The notes beneath the pieces are model-generated. The model did no database searches, had not been told where the DNA came from, and saw nothing but the letters and a program-made list of their open reading frames with translations. From Candidatus Eiseniibacteriota bacterium (lineage in GTDB: Bacteria > Eisenbacteria > RBG-16-71-46): DNA of 64,000 nucleotides. The stretch covers positions 576,001 to 640,000 of the forward strand of contig OY970178.1 in assembly GCA_963707915.1 (NCBI GenBank). Reading direction: 5' to 3'. This document shows positions 10,702-20,508 of the stretch, one piece after another. The stretch's first letter is position 1, and every line of letters starts with the position of its first letter. The translations under genes were made by a program, and so were the position numbers.

Positions 10702-11711
10702 GGCGCGCGTGGGCGGTCGCCCTGGCGCTGGTCGCAGGGGTGGCGTCGGCCGCTCCGACGGGCGGCGGCCTGCCGGTCGTGCCGGTCCGCTCCGGTGTGG
10801 CCCGCGCGGCGGGGTACGCGTGCCAGGCCGCGGTGCGGCCCGGCGTGGCGAGGGTGGGAGAGCCGGTGCTCTACCGGGGCCGCGTGATGCTTCCCGGGCT
10901 CATGGAGCTGCGCTGGCGGCCGCCCGCCGGGGGCGGCGACTTCGAGTGGGGCAGCCCCCGGGTGCGGCGCATCCCCGCGTACTCGGGCTCGCGCAATCGT
11001 TCGCGCGAGCGGCTGCTCACCGACACGCTGGAGGTCGAGATCCCCCTGCAGGCGTTCACCCCGGGAATGCTCGGCGTGCCCGGGCTGGGCTTCGAGGTGC
11101 GCGGGCCCGACGGCTCCGTCCGGACCGGGCAGCTTCCCGTGGTCCGCCTGGCGGTTGCCCCGGTCCTGTCCCCCGACGACACCAGCGCGAGCCTGCGCCC
11201 CCTGCGCGGGCCGCTGGGGGCGCCGTGGTGGGAGCGGGTGCCCTGGCTCGCCGTGGGGCTGGGCGCGCTGGTCGCGGGGGGCGTCGGCTGGATCGCGTGG
11301 CGCCTGCGCCGCCGGCGCGTCCCGGAGGCCGGGCCCGTGCGGACGCGTCCGTCGGCGGACCCGGCGACGGTGGCGCTCGCGGCGCTCGCGGCGCTGCGCG
11401 GCCTGCGGCTGCCGGAGCAGGGCCGCTTCGCCGTGCATGCGCTCGAGCTGACCGGGATCCTGCGGCGCTTCCTCGAGGCCACGCAGGGCTCGCCGCGCCC
11501 CGGTGACAGCACCCCCGAGCTGGTGGCCCGCCTCGAGGCCACGCGCCTGACCCCGTCGGAGCGCGAGCGCGTCGCCGCGCTGCTCGCGGCGTGGGACCGG
11601 GTCAAGTTCGCGCGCGCGGCGAGCAGCCCGGAGGAGGCGCGCCGCGCCGAGGGCGCGGTCGAGGGCCTGGCGCGCCGACGTCTCCCGGGCGCGGGCGAGG
11701 GGGGCGCGTGA
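10698..11711 (+). CDS. Bat-operon membrane protein (signal peptide, Ig-like domain, TM, helical C-terminus)
   Basis: GTGA overlap with DUF58; C-terminal DRVKFA typical of the gene between DUF58 and batA. Confidence 0.75.
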   Translation: MRRAWAVALALVAGVASAAPTGGGLPVVPVRSGVARAAGYACQAAVRPGVARVGEPVLYRGRVMLPGLMELRWRPPAGGGDFEWGSPRVRRIPAYSGSRNRSRERLLTDTLEVEIPLQAFTPGMLGVPGLGFEVRGPDGSVRTGQLPVVRLAVAPVLSPDDTSASLRPLRGPLGAPWWERVPWLAVGLGALVAGGVGWIAWRLRRRRVPEAGPVRTRPSADPATVALAALAALRGLRLPEQGRFAVHALELTGILRRFLEATQGSPRPGDSTPELVARLEATRLTPSERERVAALLAAWDRVKFARAASSPEEARRAEGAVEGLARRRLPGAGEGGA

Positions 11712-12688
11712 TGCGCTGGGAGGCCCCGTGGCTGCTGCTCCTGCTGCTGCTCGTGCCGCTGCTCGCCGTGCTGTCGCGCCGTCGCCCCCCGGCGCGCCCG
11801 GCGGCGGTGCTCTGGGTGCGGGCGGACGGTCGCGCCGGCGTGCGCGCCGGGCTGGTGCGCGCCGTCTCGGTGCTGCCGTGGCTGGCGCTCGCGCTCGCGC
11901 TGGTCTCGCTCGCGCGCCCGCAGCAGGGCCTGAGCCTGAGCGAGACCGAGAGCCGCGGCGTGGACATCATGCTCGCGATCGACATGTCGCCGAGCATGTC
12001 GGCGCAGGACTTCCAACCGCTCAACCGCCTCAGCGTCGCCAAGGCGACGGCGCGCGAGTTCATCCGCCGCCGCCCGCACGACCGGATCGGCCTGACCGGG
12101 TTCGCGGCCACGGCGTTCACGCAGTGCCCGCTGACGCTCGACCATGACGCGCTCGTCGAGCTGCTGGACGGACTCGACTTCGGACTCGCCGAGGACGGCA
12201 CCGCCATCGGCATGGGGCTGGCGACGGCCGTGGCGCGGTTGCGCGAGAGCCGCACCCCCAGCAAGGTGATCGTGCTGCTCACCGACGGGGCCAACAATCG
12301 CGGGCAGATCGATCCGCTCACCGGCGCGGACCTGGCGCGGGCGCTGGGGGTGAAGGTCCACACCATCCTCGTCGGCCGGGGCGGGATGGTGCCGGTGCCG
12401 ATGGACGACCCGGTGACGGGCCGGCGCATCCAGATGATGCAGATGGAGGTGGACCCGGTGACGCTGCAGGAGATCGCGCAGCGCACCGGCGGCCGCTTCT
12501 ACCGCGCCACGGACGCGGGCGCGCTGGCGGGGATCTACGGCGAGATCGACCGGCTCGAGCGCGTCCCGGTGCGCTCCATCGTCTACCGCGACTACCGCGA
12601 CCTGGCGCCCCTGGTGCTGGGCGCGGCGGCGTTCCTGCTGGCGGCGGCCGTGCTGCTCGGCAACACCCTGGCCTTCCGGCTCCCGTGA
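11711..12688 (+). CDS. batA: BatA-like VWA domain membrane protein
   Basis: LARPQ, DMSPSM MIDAS, GTAIG, LLTDG.NN, TGGRFYRA. Confidence 0.9.
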   Translation: MRWEAPWLLLLLLLVPLLAVLSRRRPPARPAAVLWVRADGRAGVRAGLVRAVSVLPWLALALALVSLARPQQGLSLSETESRGVDIMLAIDMSPSMSAQDFQPLNRLSVAKATAREFIRRRPHDRIGLTGFAATAFTQCPLTLDHDALVELLDGLDFGLAEDGTAIGMGLATAVARLRESRTPSKVIVLLTDGANNRGQIDPLTGADLARALGVKVHTILVGRGGMVPVPMDDPVTGRRIQMMQMEVDPVTLQEIAQRTGGRFYRATDAGALAGIYGEIDRLERVPVRSIVYRDYRDLAPLVLGAAAFLLAAAVLLGNTLAFRLP

Positions 12689-12698
12689 GGACGCGAAC

Positions 12699-14408
12699 GT
12701 GACCTTCCCCGATCCCCGCTGGCTCCTGCCGCTGCTGGCCGTGCCCGCGCTGTGGCTGCTCGCGCTGCTGGCGCGCCGGCGCGCCCGCCTCGGCCTCGCC
12801 CGGCTGATCGGGGAGCGCCCGGACTCGGTGCTGCGCGCGCAGGTGCTCGCGGGCTCGCGCCGCGCCGAGGCGCTGCTGCGGCTGGGGGCGCTGACTGCGC
12901 TGATCGTGGGCGCGGCGGGGCCGGAGTGGGGACGCGAGGTGGTGCGCCGCGCGTCGAGCGGATCGGACGTGGTGCTGGTGCTGGACGCGTCGGCCAGCAT
13001 GGATACCCGGGACGTGGCGCCCTCGCGGATCGAGGAAGCGCGGCGCGAGGCGCTGGCCGCGCTGGACCGGCTCGCGGGGAGCCGCGTCGCCGTGGTGGCG
13101 TTCGCCGGGGACGCCTCGCGGCTCTGTCCGCTGACGCTCGACCGCAGCGCGGCGCGGCTCACGCTCGAGTCGTTGTCCAGCGCCTCGGTGAGCACGCCGG
13201 GCACGGACCTGGGCCGCGCGCTGCGGATGGCGGCGCGGGTCCTCCCGCCCGGGCGGCGCGACGAACAGGCCATCGTGCTGTGGACGGACGGGGAGGACCT
13301 CGAGGGCGGCGCGAAGGGCGCCCTGGACGAACTCGCGATGCACGGCGTGCGGGTCTTCGCCGTGGGGGTCGGCACGCCGGCGGGGGGCGAGGTGCCGGTG
13401 CTGGACGACCAGGGCCGCGCGGTGGACGTGAAGCGCGCGCCGGGCGGCGGGCCGGTGGTGAGCCGGCTGGACGAGGGGCTGCTCCGGGCGGTGGCCCGGC
13501 GCACTCGTGGCGGGTACTACTCCGCGTCGCGCCCGGGCGGGGAGTTGCCGCGGCTGCTGGCCTCGCTGGGCGGCCTGGCGCGCTCGGCGCGGGGCACGCG
13601 GATGAGCGAACGCCCGGTACCGCGCTTCCGGTGGTTCGCGCTGGCCGCGATCGCGCTGCTGACGCTGGACCAGCTCCGGGCGCGCCGGCGCCGCGAGGCG
13701 GAGTCCGAGGCCGGCGCCCCGCTGCACTCCGAACGGAGCACGGCCGCGGCGCTGGCGCTGCTCCTGCTGCTGGTACCGGGACCGGCCCGTGCGCAGAGCG
13801 AGTGGGCGCGGGGCGACCGCGCGTTCCGCTCGGGGCAGTGGGCGGTGGCGGAATCGCTGTACGCGAGCCGGCTGAGGTATGGCGCGCCGCCCGAGGTGCG
13901 GGTCAACCTGGCCACGGCACGCGCGCAGGGCGGGCAGGCGGAGCGCGCCGAGCGGGAGTGGTCGGCGCTGGCCGGGAGCGACACGCGCGCGGGGCGCGCC
14001 GCGGGGTACAATCTGGGGACGCTGCTGGGCGGGCGGGGCGACGTGACGCGCGCGCTGGGGGCGCTGCGGAACGTGCTGAAGCGCGACCCGGCCGACGAGG
14101 ACGCGCGCTGGAACTACGAGGTGCTGCTGCGGGAGCGCGAGCGGCGCGAGCAGCAGAAGCAGCCCCGGCCCGAGCCGAAGCCGCAGCCGGCCGGGGGCGG
14201 GGGCGCGAAGCCGCAGCCGCAGGGCGCGCCGCCGAGCCCGCCGCCGACGGGCGGTGCGGCGCAGCAGCCCGCGCCGGGGCCGCAGGGGACGATGAGCCGC
14301 GCGCAGGCCGAGCGGCTGCTCGACGCGCTCGCGGAACTGGAGCGGTCCCAGGTGGGGCGCCAGCGGAAGGTGCGCGTGACCGACGAGAAGCGGGGGAGGG
14401 ACTGGTGA
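12699..14408 (+). CDS. BatB (VWA)-BatC (TPR) fusion protein
   Basis: DASASM, FAG, TDGED; then TPR (YNLGT, DARWNYE), Q/P-rich linker and C-terminal RDW. Confidence 0.85.
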   Translation: MTFPDPRWLLPLLAVPALWLLALLARRRARLGLARLIGERPDSVLRAQVLAGSRRAEALLRLGALTALIVGAAGPEWGREVVRRASSGSDVVLVLDASASMDTRDVAPSRIEEARREALAALDRLAGSRVAVVAFAGDASRLCPLTLDRSAARLTLESLSSASVSTPGTDLGRALRMAARVLPPGRRDEQAIVLWTDGEDLEGGAKGALDELAMHGVRVFAVGVGTPAGGEVPVLDDQGRAVDVKRAPGGGPVVSRLDEGLLRAVARRTRGGYYSASRPGGELPRLLASLGGLARSARGTRMSERPVPRFRWFALAAIALLTLDQLRARRRREAESEAGAPLHSERSTAAALALLLLLVPGPARAQSEWARGDRAFRSGQWAVAESLYASRLRYGAPPEVRVNLATARAQGGQAERAEREWSALAGSDTRAGRAAGYNLGTLLGGRGDVTRALGALRNVLKRDPADEDARWNYEVLLRERERREQQKQPRPEPKPQPAGGGGAKPQPQGAPPSPPPTGGAAQQPAPGPQGTMSRAQAERLLDALAELERSQVGRQRKVRVTDEKRGRDW

Positions 14409-16657
14409 GGCGCCCGGGTCGCGCGTCGGCGATGGTGGTGCTGGTGCTGGCGTGGCTCGCGGCCGCGGTCGCGGTCGCGGCCGGCGCGACGGTCGTGGCG
14501 CGGCTCGAGCGGGCGCGGGGGACCGTGGACGAGAGCGTGGGGTTCACGGTCACGGTGAGCGGTGCGGGGGCCGGTGTGCCCGCCCCGGTGGTGCAGCTGC
14601 CGGCCGGCCTCGAGGTGCTGGGGGTCTCGCGGGGTGAGAGCGCCTCGCAGACGGTCTTCCGCTACGAGATCGGGCTGCAGCGGGCGGGGCGCTACTCGGT
14701 CGGACCGGTGCGCGTGAGGGCCGACGGGCAGCTCCTCGCCAGCGGGGCCTGTGCACTGGTGGTGACGGCGGCCGCGCCGGGGCTCGCGGCGACGTCCGGC
14801 GCGGCGTCGCTTCTGGTCGACGTCGAGCCGCGGGCCCCGTGGGTGGGGGAGCCGGTGATCCTGCGCGTGCGCCTGGTGCTGGCCCGGGACCTCGCAGAGG
14901 AGCCGGCCTACGTGCCGCCCGTGACGACGGGGTTCTGGGCCGAGCCTCCCAGTCGCCCGGAGTCGTACTACGCGACGCAGGCCGGTCGCCGCGTGCTCGT
15001 CACCGAGACGCGGACCCGGCTCTACCCGCTGGCGCCGGGAGTGGCGCGCATCGGCGCGGCGGGGGCGGTGGTCGTGTTCGCGGGCGCGGACGCCGCCGAT
15101 CCGCTGCGGTGGGAGTCGGGCCGGGTGCCGCGTCGCGAGGTGACGCTCCGGAGCCAGCCGCTCGAGGTGGGGATCCGGCCCCTTCCGCCGGGCGCGCCGG
15201 CGGGATTCGACGGCGCGGTGGGATCGTTCGCGGTGCGCTGGTCCGCGGACCGCGAACGCACCTCGCTGGACGTCCCGCTCACCGCGCGGCTCGACGTGCG
15301 CGGCGTGGGCAACCTGCCGCTGGTCAAGGCGCCGGTCCTCGCCCCGGCGGACGCCGAGGTGTTCGCCGCGGGATCGGAGGACAGCCTCGCGGCCCCGGGA
15401 TCGCGCGGGGACGGCCGGAGGCGCTTCCAGTGGACGGTGCTGCCCCGCCGGGAGGGGACGTGGTCGATCGCGGTGCCGGCGTTCGTCTGGTTCGATCCGG
15501 CGGCCGGGGCGTACCGCAGCGCGCCCCAGCGTCCGCTCGTGGCGGAGGTGGGCCCGCGGGTGTTCTCGTCCGCCGCGGAGCACGCGGGATTCCCGGCGGT
15601 GTTCGAGCGCGAAGCGCCCGACCCCTTCTCGCGCGGAGCGGCACCGTGGATCTGGGCGCTGGCGGGACTGCTGGCCGGTGCCGCCGCCGTGGCGTGGCGG
15701 GTGCGGCCCCCGGCGGAGGCGCACGCGGAGGCGCGCGCCCGGGCGGCGGCCTGGCGCAATGCCCTGCGCGCCCCCGGAGGGCCGGCCTTCTGGCGTGCGG
15801 CCGAGGAGGCGGTCGAGTGGCTGGAGCCCGGCGGGCGGCCGGTCGCCGAGGTGCGCGAGCAGATCGTCGCCACCCGCTACGGCGGCGCCGAGGGTGACGT
15901 GGACGCGGTGCGTCTGCGGCTCGCCCGCGAGCTGGCGCTCGCGCTGCCCGCGGTTCCGGCGGCCTGGCGCTGGCGGCCCGTGGCGGTGGCGCTGGCGGGG
16001 ATCGCGGTGGTGGTGATGGTGCTGGGCGGCGTGACGCTGGGGGAGAGCGCGAACGCCCTGCGGCTGCGGGCGGCGGATCGCGTGGCGCGCGATGGAGACG
16101 TGGCGCGGGCCCGGGCCGCGTGGTACGGGATGTGGCAGGAGGGCGGTCGCGCGCCCGCCCTGGCCGCGCGACTGGCCTGGGCCGAGGCGACGCGCGGCGC
16201 GCTGGGCCCGGCCGCCGTGTGGGTGTTGCGCGGCCAACAGGGCGACGCCCGGGATCCGGCGCTGGCATGGGTGTCCGACCTGGTGCGCGAGGGCGGAGGG
16301 CTGGCGGGCTCGCGCCCCGTGAGGCTGCCGTTGCGGCGGATCGAGTGGGCGGCACTCGGACTGGTCCTGGGCCTCGCGGCGGGTGCGGTCTGGCCGCGGC
16401 GCCGTCTCGCGCTGGTCCTCGGCCTGCTGGCGCTGGGCACGGCGGGGGTGGAGCCGGTGCAGGACGCCTGGGTCGCTCACGTCGGACAATCGGTGGTGGG
16501 AAGGAGCGTGACGCTGGCGGGCGCGGGGCTCGAGCTCGAGCCCGGGCAGGTCGTGCAGGTGCTGGGCACCGAGGGTGCGTGGGCCCGGGTCCGCGCGGGG
16601 CGCGAGCTGGAGGGGCGCGTGCCCCTGGTGGCGCTGCTGCCGGTGGGACGACCGTGA
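14405..16657 (+). CDS. BatD-like protein with degenerate BatE-like (TPR/SH3) C-terminus
   Basis: Signal peptide, BatD repeats, FDGAVGSF, G.GNL, FVWFDP...Y, C-terminal SH3-like W.RV....GRV. Confidence 0.8.
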   Translation: MRRPGRASAMVVLVLAWLAAAVAVAAGATVVARLERARGTVDESVGFTVTVSGAGAGVPAPVVQLPAGLEVLGVSRGESASQTVFRYEIGLQRAGRYSVGPVRVRADGQLLASGACALVVTAAAPGLAATSGAASLLVDVEPRAPWVGEPVILRVRLVLARDLAEEPAYVPPVTTGFWAEPPSRPESYYATQAGRRVLVTETRTRLYPLAPGVARIGAAGAVVVFAGADAADPLRWESGRVPRREVTLRSQPLEVGIRPLPPGAPAGFDGAVGSFAVRWSADRERTSLDVPLTARLDVRGVGNLPLVKAPVLAPADAEVFAAGSEDSLAAPGSRGDGRRRFQWTVLPRREGTWSIAVPAFVWFDPAAGAYRSAPQRPLVAEVGPRVFSSAAEHAGFPAVFEREAPDPFSRGAAPWIWALAGLLAGAAAVAWRVRPPAEAHAEARARAAAWRNALRAPGGPAFWRAAEEAVEWLEPGGRPVAEVREQIVATRYGGAEGDVDAVRLRLARELALALPAVPAAWRWRPVAVALAGIAVVVMVLGGVTLGESANALRLRAADRVARDGDVARARAAWYGMWQEGGRAPALAARLAWAEATRGALGPAAVWVLRGQQGDARDPALAWVSDLVREGGGLAGSRPVRLPLRRIEWAALGLVLGLAAGAVWPRRRLALVLGLLALGTAGVEPVQDAWVAHVGQSVVGRSVTLAGAGLELEPGQVVQVLGTEGAWARVRAGRELEGRVPLVALLPVGRP

Positions 16658-17226
16658 CGAAGGTGCTCATGCTGGCCCTGGCCCTGCTGGGCCCGGTGGA
16701 ACGTCTGGACTGGGCGGTCGCCCGAGGCGTGCAGGAGGCGCGGCGGCCGGCGCTCGAGGGGGTCATGAGGGAGGCCACGGCGATCGGGCGGCCGGCAGTC
16801 GTGGCGGCCGGGCTCGCGATCGTGCTGGCGGTGGACCTCGCCGGCGGGGGCGGCTGGAGCACCGTGCGCCTGGCGGTGGTGGCGCTCGCCGGGACGAACC
16901 TGGTCGTGGAAGGGCTCAAGCGCGCCGTCGGGCGCACGCGGCCGGACGGGGACCCCAAGCGCTCGAACTCGTCGTTCCCGTCGAGCCACGCGGCCAACGC
17001 CTTCGCGCTGGCCTGGGTCCTCGGCCACCGCTGGCGCCGGGGGATCGTGCCATTCGTGGCGCTGGCGCTCGTGGTGGCGTTCTCGCGCATGTACCTGAAC
17101 CGGCACTTCCTGAGCGACGTGGTGGTCGGCGCGCTCATCGGCGCCGGCTGCGCCTGGGCGGCGGCGCGGTGGCTGCCGCTGCGTCGGCGGGTCGGGCCGC
17201 CGGGGACGGGGAGCCACGCGGGCTGA
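16654..17226 (+). CDS. PAP2-family lipid phosphatase
   Basis: KRAVGRTRP, SFPSSH, SRMYLNRHFLSD motifs. Confidence 0.88.
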   Translation: MTKVLMLALALLGPVERLDWAVARGVQEARRPALEGVMREATAIGRPAVVAAGLAIVLAVDLAGGGGWSTVRLAVVALAGTNLVVEGLKRAVGRTRPDGDPKRSNSSFPSSHAANAFALAWVLGHRWRRGIVPFVALALVVAFSRMYLNRHFLSDVVVGALIGAGCAWAAARWLPLRRRVGPPGTGSHAG

Positions 17227-17296
17227 GCCCCTCGATGCGGGGGCTGGCGGGCCCCCGGAGGCTTTGCTATCGTCCGTCCGGGAGGTCGTGCGGACC

Positions 17297-17761
17297 ATGT
17301 CGATCCTCGTCGGTCCTGCCATGCACCCTGCTCGTCTCATCCCGGACCTCAAGAGCTCCAGCCGTGACGGCGTTCTCGGCGAGATGGCGCGCCAGGCGCT
17401 GGGGCTCGGCGTCGCGCGGGAGCCCGCGGCGCTCCGCGCCCTGCTCCTGATGCGCGAGCGTCTCGGGGCGACGGCCGTGGGGCACGGGATCGCCGTGCCG
17501 AACGCCCGCTCGCTGCTGGTGACCTGGCCCGTCCTGCTGATGGGGCGCTCCCGGCCGGGCGTGGACTGGGGGGCGGAGGACGGCCTGCCGGTGCGCCTGG
17601 TCCTGCTCCTGCTCTCCCCGGCGCAGACCGGCGCGACGTTCCACGTCGGAGCGTTGTCGCGCGCGGTCGCCGCCGTCCGATCGGCGCGGGCGCGCCAGCG
17701 GCTGTTCGAGAGCGACGACGAGTGCGAGATCGCCGATCTGCTCGGAGCGGCACGGGGATGA
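17297..17761 (+). CDS. PTS EIIA (Ntr/Fru-like) domain protein lacking the phospho-His
   Basis: RERLGATAVGHGIAVPNAR, GVDWGAEDGLPVRLVLLL; extended -10 TGcTATCGT at 17265-17273. Confidence 0.85.
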   Translation: MSILVGPAMHPARLIPDLKSSSRDGVLGEMARQALGLGVAREPAALRALLLMRERLGATAVGHGIAVPNARSLLVTWPVLLMGRSRPGVDWGAEDGLPVRLVLLLLSPAQTGATFHVGALSRAVAAVRSARARQRLFESDDECEIADLLGAARG

Positions 17762-18093
17762 CCGACTGGAGCGACGTGGTCGGACTGCACGACCTCGACC
17801 TGCTGATCGAGGAGGCGGGCAGCGGCGGCACCCGGCAGATCGTGCTGGGCCTGGGGTTCAGCCTCGCCGGGCTGCCGGCCGTGGAGCGGGCACGCGCCCG
17901 CCTGCACGCGCGGCTGGAGAGCCGGTGGGCGCACGCCTACGATCGCGCGCGGCGGCGCTACGGCCGCGGCGTCGTGCTGGTGCGCGACCGCGTCTGCCAG
18001 GGCTGCTTCATCACCCTTCCCACCTGCGCCGCGGCGAGCCGGGACTCCCTGACCCTCTGCGAGTCCTGCGGCCGCATCCTGTTCTGGCGCTGA
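17758..18093 (+). CDS. C4-type zinc-ribbon protein (zf-RING_7-like)
   Basis: Y.R.R.R...V......CQGCFI.....CESCGRIL. Confidence 0.8.
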   Translation: MTDWSDVVGLHDLDLLIEEAGSGGTRQIVLGLGFSLAGLPAVERARARLHARLESRWAHAYDRARRRYGRGVVLVRDRVCQGCFITLPTCAAASRDSLTLCESCGRILFWR

Positions 18094-18173
18094 GCGCCCG
18101 CTCCGGGGTCCACGCCGGGGTGCGGCCTGCGGTATGCTGGGCGGGAGCGGATCGGGCAACGGGAGGAGCGCTG

Positions 18174-18599
18174 ATGAAGCGGAGCCGTGGATGGCAGGTC
18201 GTGATGCTGCTGGCCTGGTGCGCGGGATCGGGTTGCACCGCGCTGCGCGAGATCCCGCGCGTGGACTACGTGGCCCGCGCACAGGACCGTCCGGTCCGGA
18301 TCGTGACGCGCGAGGGCCTGAGCTACGAGCTGGATTCGGCGAAGATCGAGGCGGACACGCTGGTGGGCTATCGCCGCCGGGACGTGCAGGGCCCGATCGA
18401 CGAGTTCGACACGATCCGGTTGCCGCTCGACGAAGTGGCCACGATCTCGGCCCGGCGCATCGACTGGTACCGCACGGGCCTGGTGGGCGGACTGTCGATG
18501 GCGGCGATCGTGATCGGGGCCTCGGTGGCGCGGCGAGGGACCTCGGGAGGGACGTCGGGGACGCCCTCCCCGTGCCGCAAGGAACCGTGCCCGCAGTAG
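18174..18599 (+). CDS. Hypothetical lipoprotein
   Basis: GGAGGAG SD, signal peptide with GSGC lipobox, C-terminal TM segment. Confidence 0.75.
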   Translation: MKRSRGWQVVMLLAWCAGSGCTALREIPRVDYVARAQDRPVRIVTREGLSYELDSAKIEADTLVGYRRRDVQGPIDEFDTIRLPLDEVATISARRIDWYRTGLVGGLSMAAIVIGASVARRGTSGGTSGTPSPCRKEPCPQ

Positions 18600-18600
18600 C

Positions 18601-18960
18601 TCACCGGGCCAGGGCTCCGGTGGCGAGCGCCGCCAGGCCCGCGCCGATCGCGTCGGCCGCGAGGTCCACGGGGTCGAAGCCCCCGTGCCGGCGGTCGCGC
18701 GCCTCCTTGGCGAGGCCGAGAGCGAGCGCGCTCGCCGCGCCCGCGGCGGGGCGGCGCGCGAGCAACCCCACGCCGAGGCCGAGCGTGAAGGAGAGCGAGG
18801 CGTGCTCGAGGCGGTCCGCCCGAAGCAGGCCGGTCTGCCACGCGCGGACCGACGGCGGGGGTGGCGCGGGCGGGGGCGCCGGCCCGGCCGTCGCGGTCAG
18901 GGGCGCGAACGCGAGCCGAGCGAGGAGCAGCGTGCCGGCCAGCCGTGCCGGGTGTCGCAT
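18601..18960 (-). CDS. YfiM/DUF2279-like small membrane protein
   Basis: DRLEH...GLAKEARD...GFDPVDLAADAIG pattern; GGAGG SD. Confidence 0.7.
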   Translation of the reverse strand: MRHPARLAGTLLLARLAFAPLTATAGPAPPPAPPPPSVRAWQTGLLRADRLEHASLSFTLGLGVGLLARRPAAGAASALALGLAKEARDRRHGGFDPVDLAADAIGAGLAALATGALAR

Positions 18961-19038
18961 GTGGGCCTCCCCGTGCCCGCCGGCGGCGCCGGGCAGCCTC
19001 GGCGTTGACGTCCCCGGGGCGCGTGCGCGAGGCACGTC

Positions 19039-20433
19039 GTGAGTGAGTTCGTGGCGACGGCCGCCGCGCGCCTCGCGGCGCACCCGTGGCCCGCCGAAGT
19101 GCTCGCCGCGCTCGAGCGGTTGCGCGCGGACGGCCACCAAGCCTACATCGTCGGGGGGGCGCCGCGCGACGTGCTGCTGGAGCGGGCCGGGTCGGAGTTC
19201 CCGGACGTGGCGACCGACCGGCGGCCGGAGGAGGTCATGGCCCTGTTCCCGCGGGTCGAGCCGATCGGGCTGGCGCACGGCACGGTGCTGGTGCTGCTCG
19301 AGGGCTCCGGCTTCGAGTGCACGACCTTCCGGCGGGAGGGTGCGTACGCGGACGCGCGCCACCCCGACGAAGTGGAGTTCACCGCCGACCTGCCGGCGGA
19401 CCTGGCGCGGCGCGACTTCACCGTGAACGCCCTGGCCTACGATCCGCTGAGCGGCGTGCTGGTGGACCGCCACGGCGGGCTCGCCGACCTCGCCGGGCGG
19501 CGCCTGCGGGCGGTGGGTGAGCCGCTGGCGCGTTTCCGCGAGGACGCGCTCCGGCCGGTGCGGGCCGCCCGCTTCGCCGCCACGCTGGAGTTCGAGCTCG
19601 AGCCCGCGACGCGCGCGGCCCTGGCCGGGGTCGCGGACCGCGCGCGGTTCGTGGCGCCGGAGCGGGTGCGCGTGGAGCTCGAGAAGCTGATGGCCGCGCG
19701 GCGGCCCTCGGTGGGGCTCGAGCTGCTGCGCGAGGCGGGCCTGATGGAGATCTGGATGCCGGAGCTGGCCCGCTGCCACGCCGTGCCGCAGAACCGCTGG
19801 CACGCTCACGACGTCTTCACCCATTCGCTCGAGACCTGCGACCACGCGCCGGCAGGGAAGCCGGCGGTGCGCTGGGCGGCCCTGCTGCACGACATCGGCA
19901 AGCCCGACACGCGGGTCGAACGGCGGGGCGACGGGACGTTCTACGGTCACGAGCGGGTGGGCGCCGAGCTCGCCGACCGCCTGCTCGGGCGGCTGCGCTT
20001 CCCGGGGGCGCTGCGGGCCGAGATCGTCCACCTGGTGAGCGAACACATGTTCGACTACCGCGCGGAGTGGAGCGACGCGGCGGTGCGACGCTGGGTGCGC
20101 CGGGTCGGGGAAGCATCGGTCGCGGACTTGTTCGACCTGCGGATCGCGGACATGCTGGGCAACGGCCTGAAGACGGGGTTCCCGGCCCAGCTCGAGCCGC
20201 TGCGCCGCCGCATCGCGCGGGTGCTGGCCGGGTCGCGTGCGCTGCGGGTCAGCGACCTCGCGGTGGACGGCCGCGACGTGATGGAGTCGCTGGGGATCGG
20301 GCCGGGGCCCGCGGTGGGCGAGGCGCTGGCGGCGCTGCTCGAGGAGGTCCTCGAGGACCCGGCGCGCAACACCCGCGAGCGGCTGCTCGCGGGGCTGGCG
20401 GAGCGGCGCGAGCCGCGCGCCGGCGGTGCTTGA
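19039..20433 (+). CDS. cca: tRNA nucleotidyltransferase (CCA-adding/poly(A) polymerase family) with HD domain
   Basis: VGGAPRD, RRDFTVNA, EDALR, ERVRVEL, ALLHDIGKP. Confidence 0.88.
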   Translation: MSEFVATAAARLAAHPWPAEVLAALERLRADGHQAYIVGGAPRDVLLERAGSEFPDVATDRRPEEVMALFPRVEPIGLAHGTVLVLLEGSGFECTTFRREGAYADARHPDEVEFTADLPADLARRDFTVNALAYDPLSGVLVDRHGGLADLAGRRLRAVGEPLARFREDALRPVRAARFAATLEFELEPATRAALAGVADRARFVAPERVRVELEKLMAARRPSVGLELLREAGLMEIWMPELARCHAVPQNRWHAHDVFTHSLETCDHAPAGKPAVRWAALLHDIGKPDTRVERRGDGTFYGHERVGAELADRLLGRLRFPGALRAEIVHLVSEHMFDYRAEWSDAAVRRWVRRVGEASVADLFDLRIADMLGNGLKTGFPAQLEPLRRRIARVLAGSRALRVSDLAVDGRDVMESLGIGPGPAVGEALAALLEEVLEDPARNTRERLLAGLAERREPRAGGA

Positions 20434-20459
20434 CACTCTCGAAGAGCGGCCCGTATCCT
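20430..20459 (+). promoter_or_regulatory. sigma70-type promoter TTGACA-N18-TATCCT
   Basis: Consensus -35 plus TAnnnT upstream of polyprenyl synthase. Confidence 0.65.
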
Positions 20460-20508
20460 GCGCCGCGCATCGGAGTGGCGCATCGTCCCCATCCCCGGAA
20501 GATTCGAC

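Noticed and set aside
14150..14290. CAGCCG/AAGCCG short repeats
   Set aside because: Encode the Q/P-rich BatC linker; not a CRISPR array or independent repeat.
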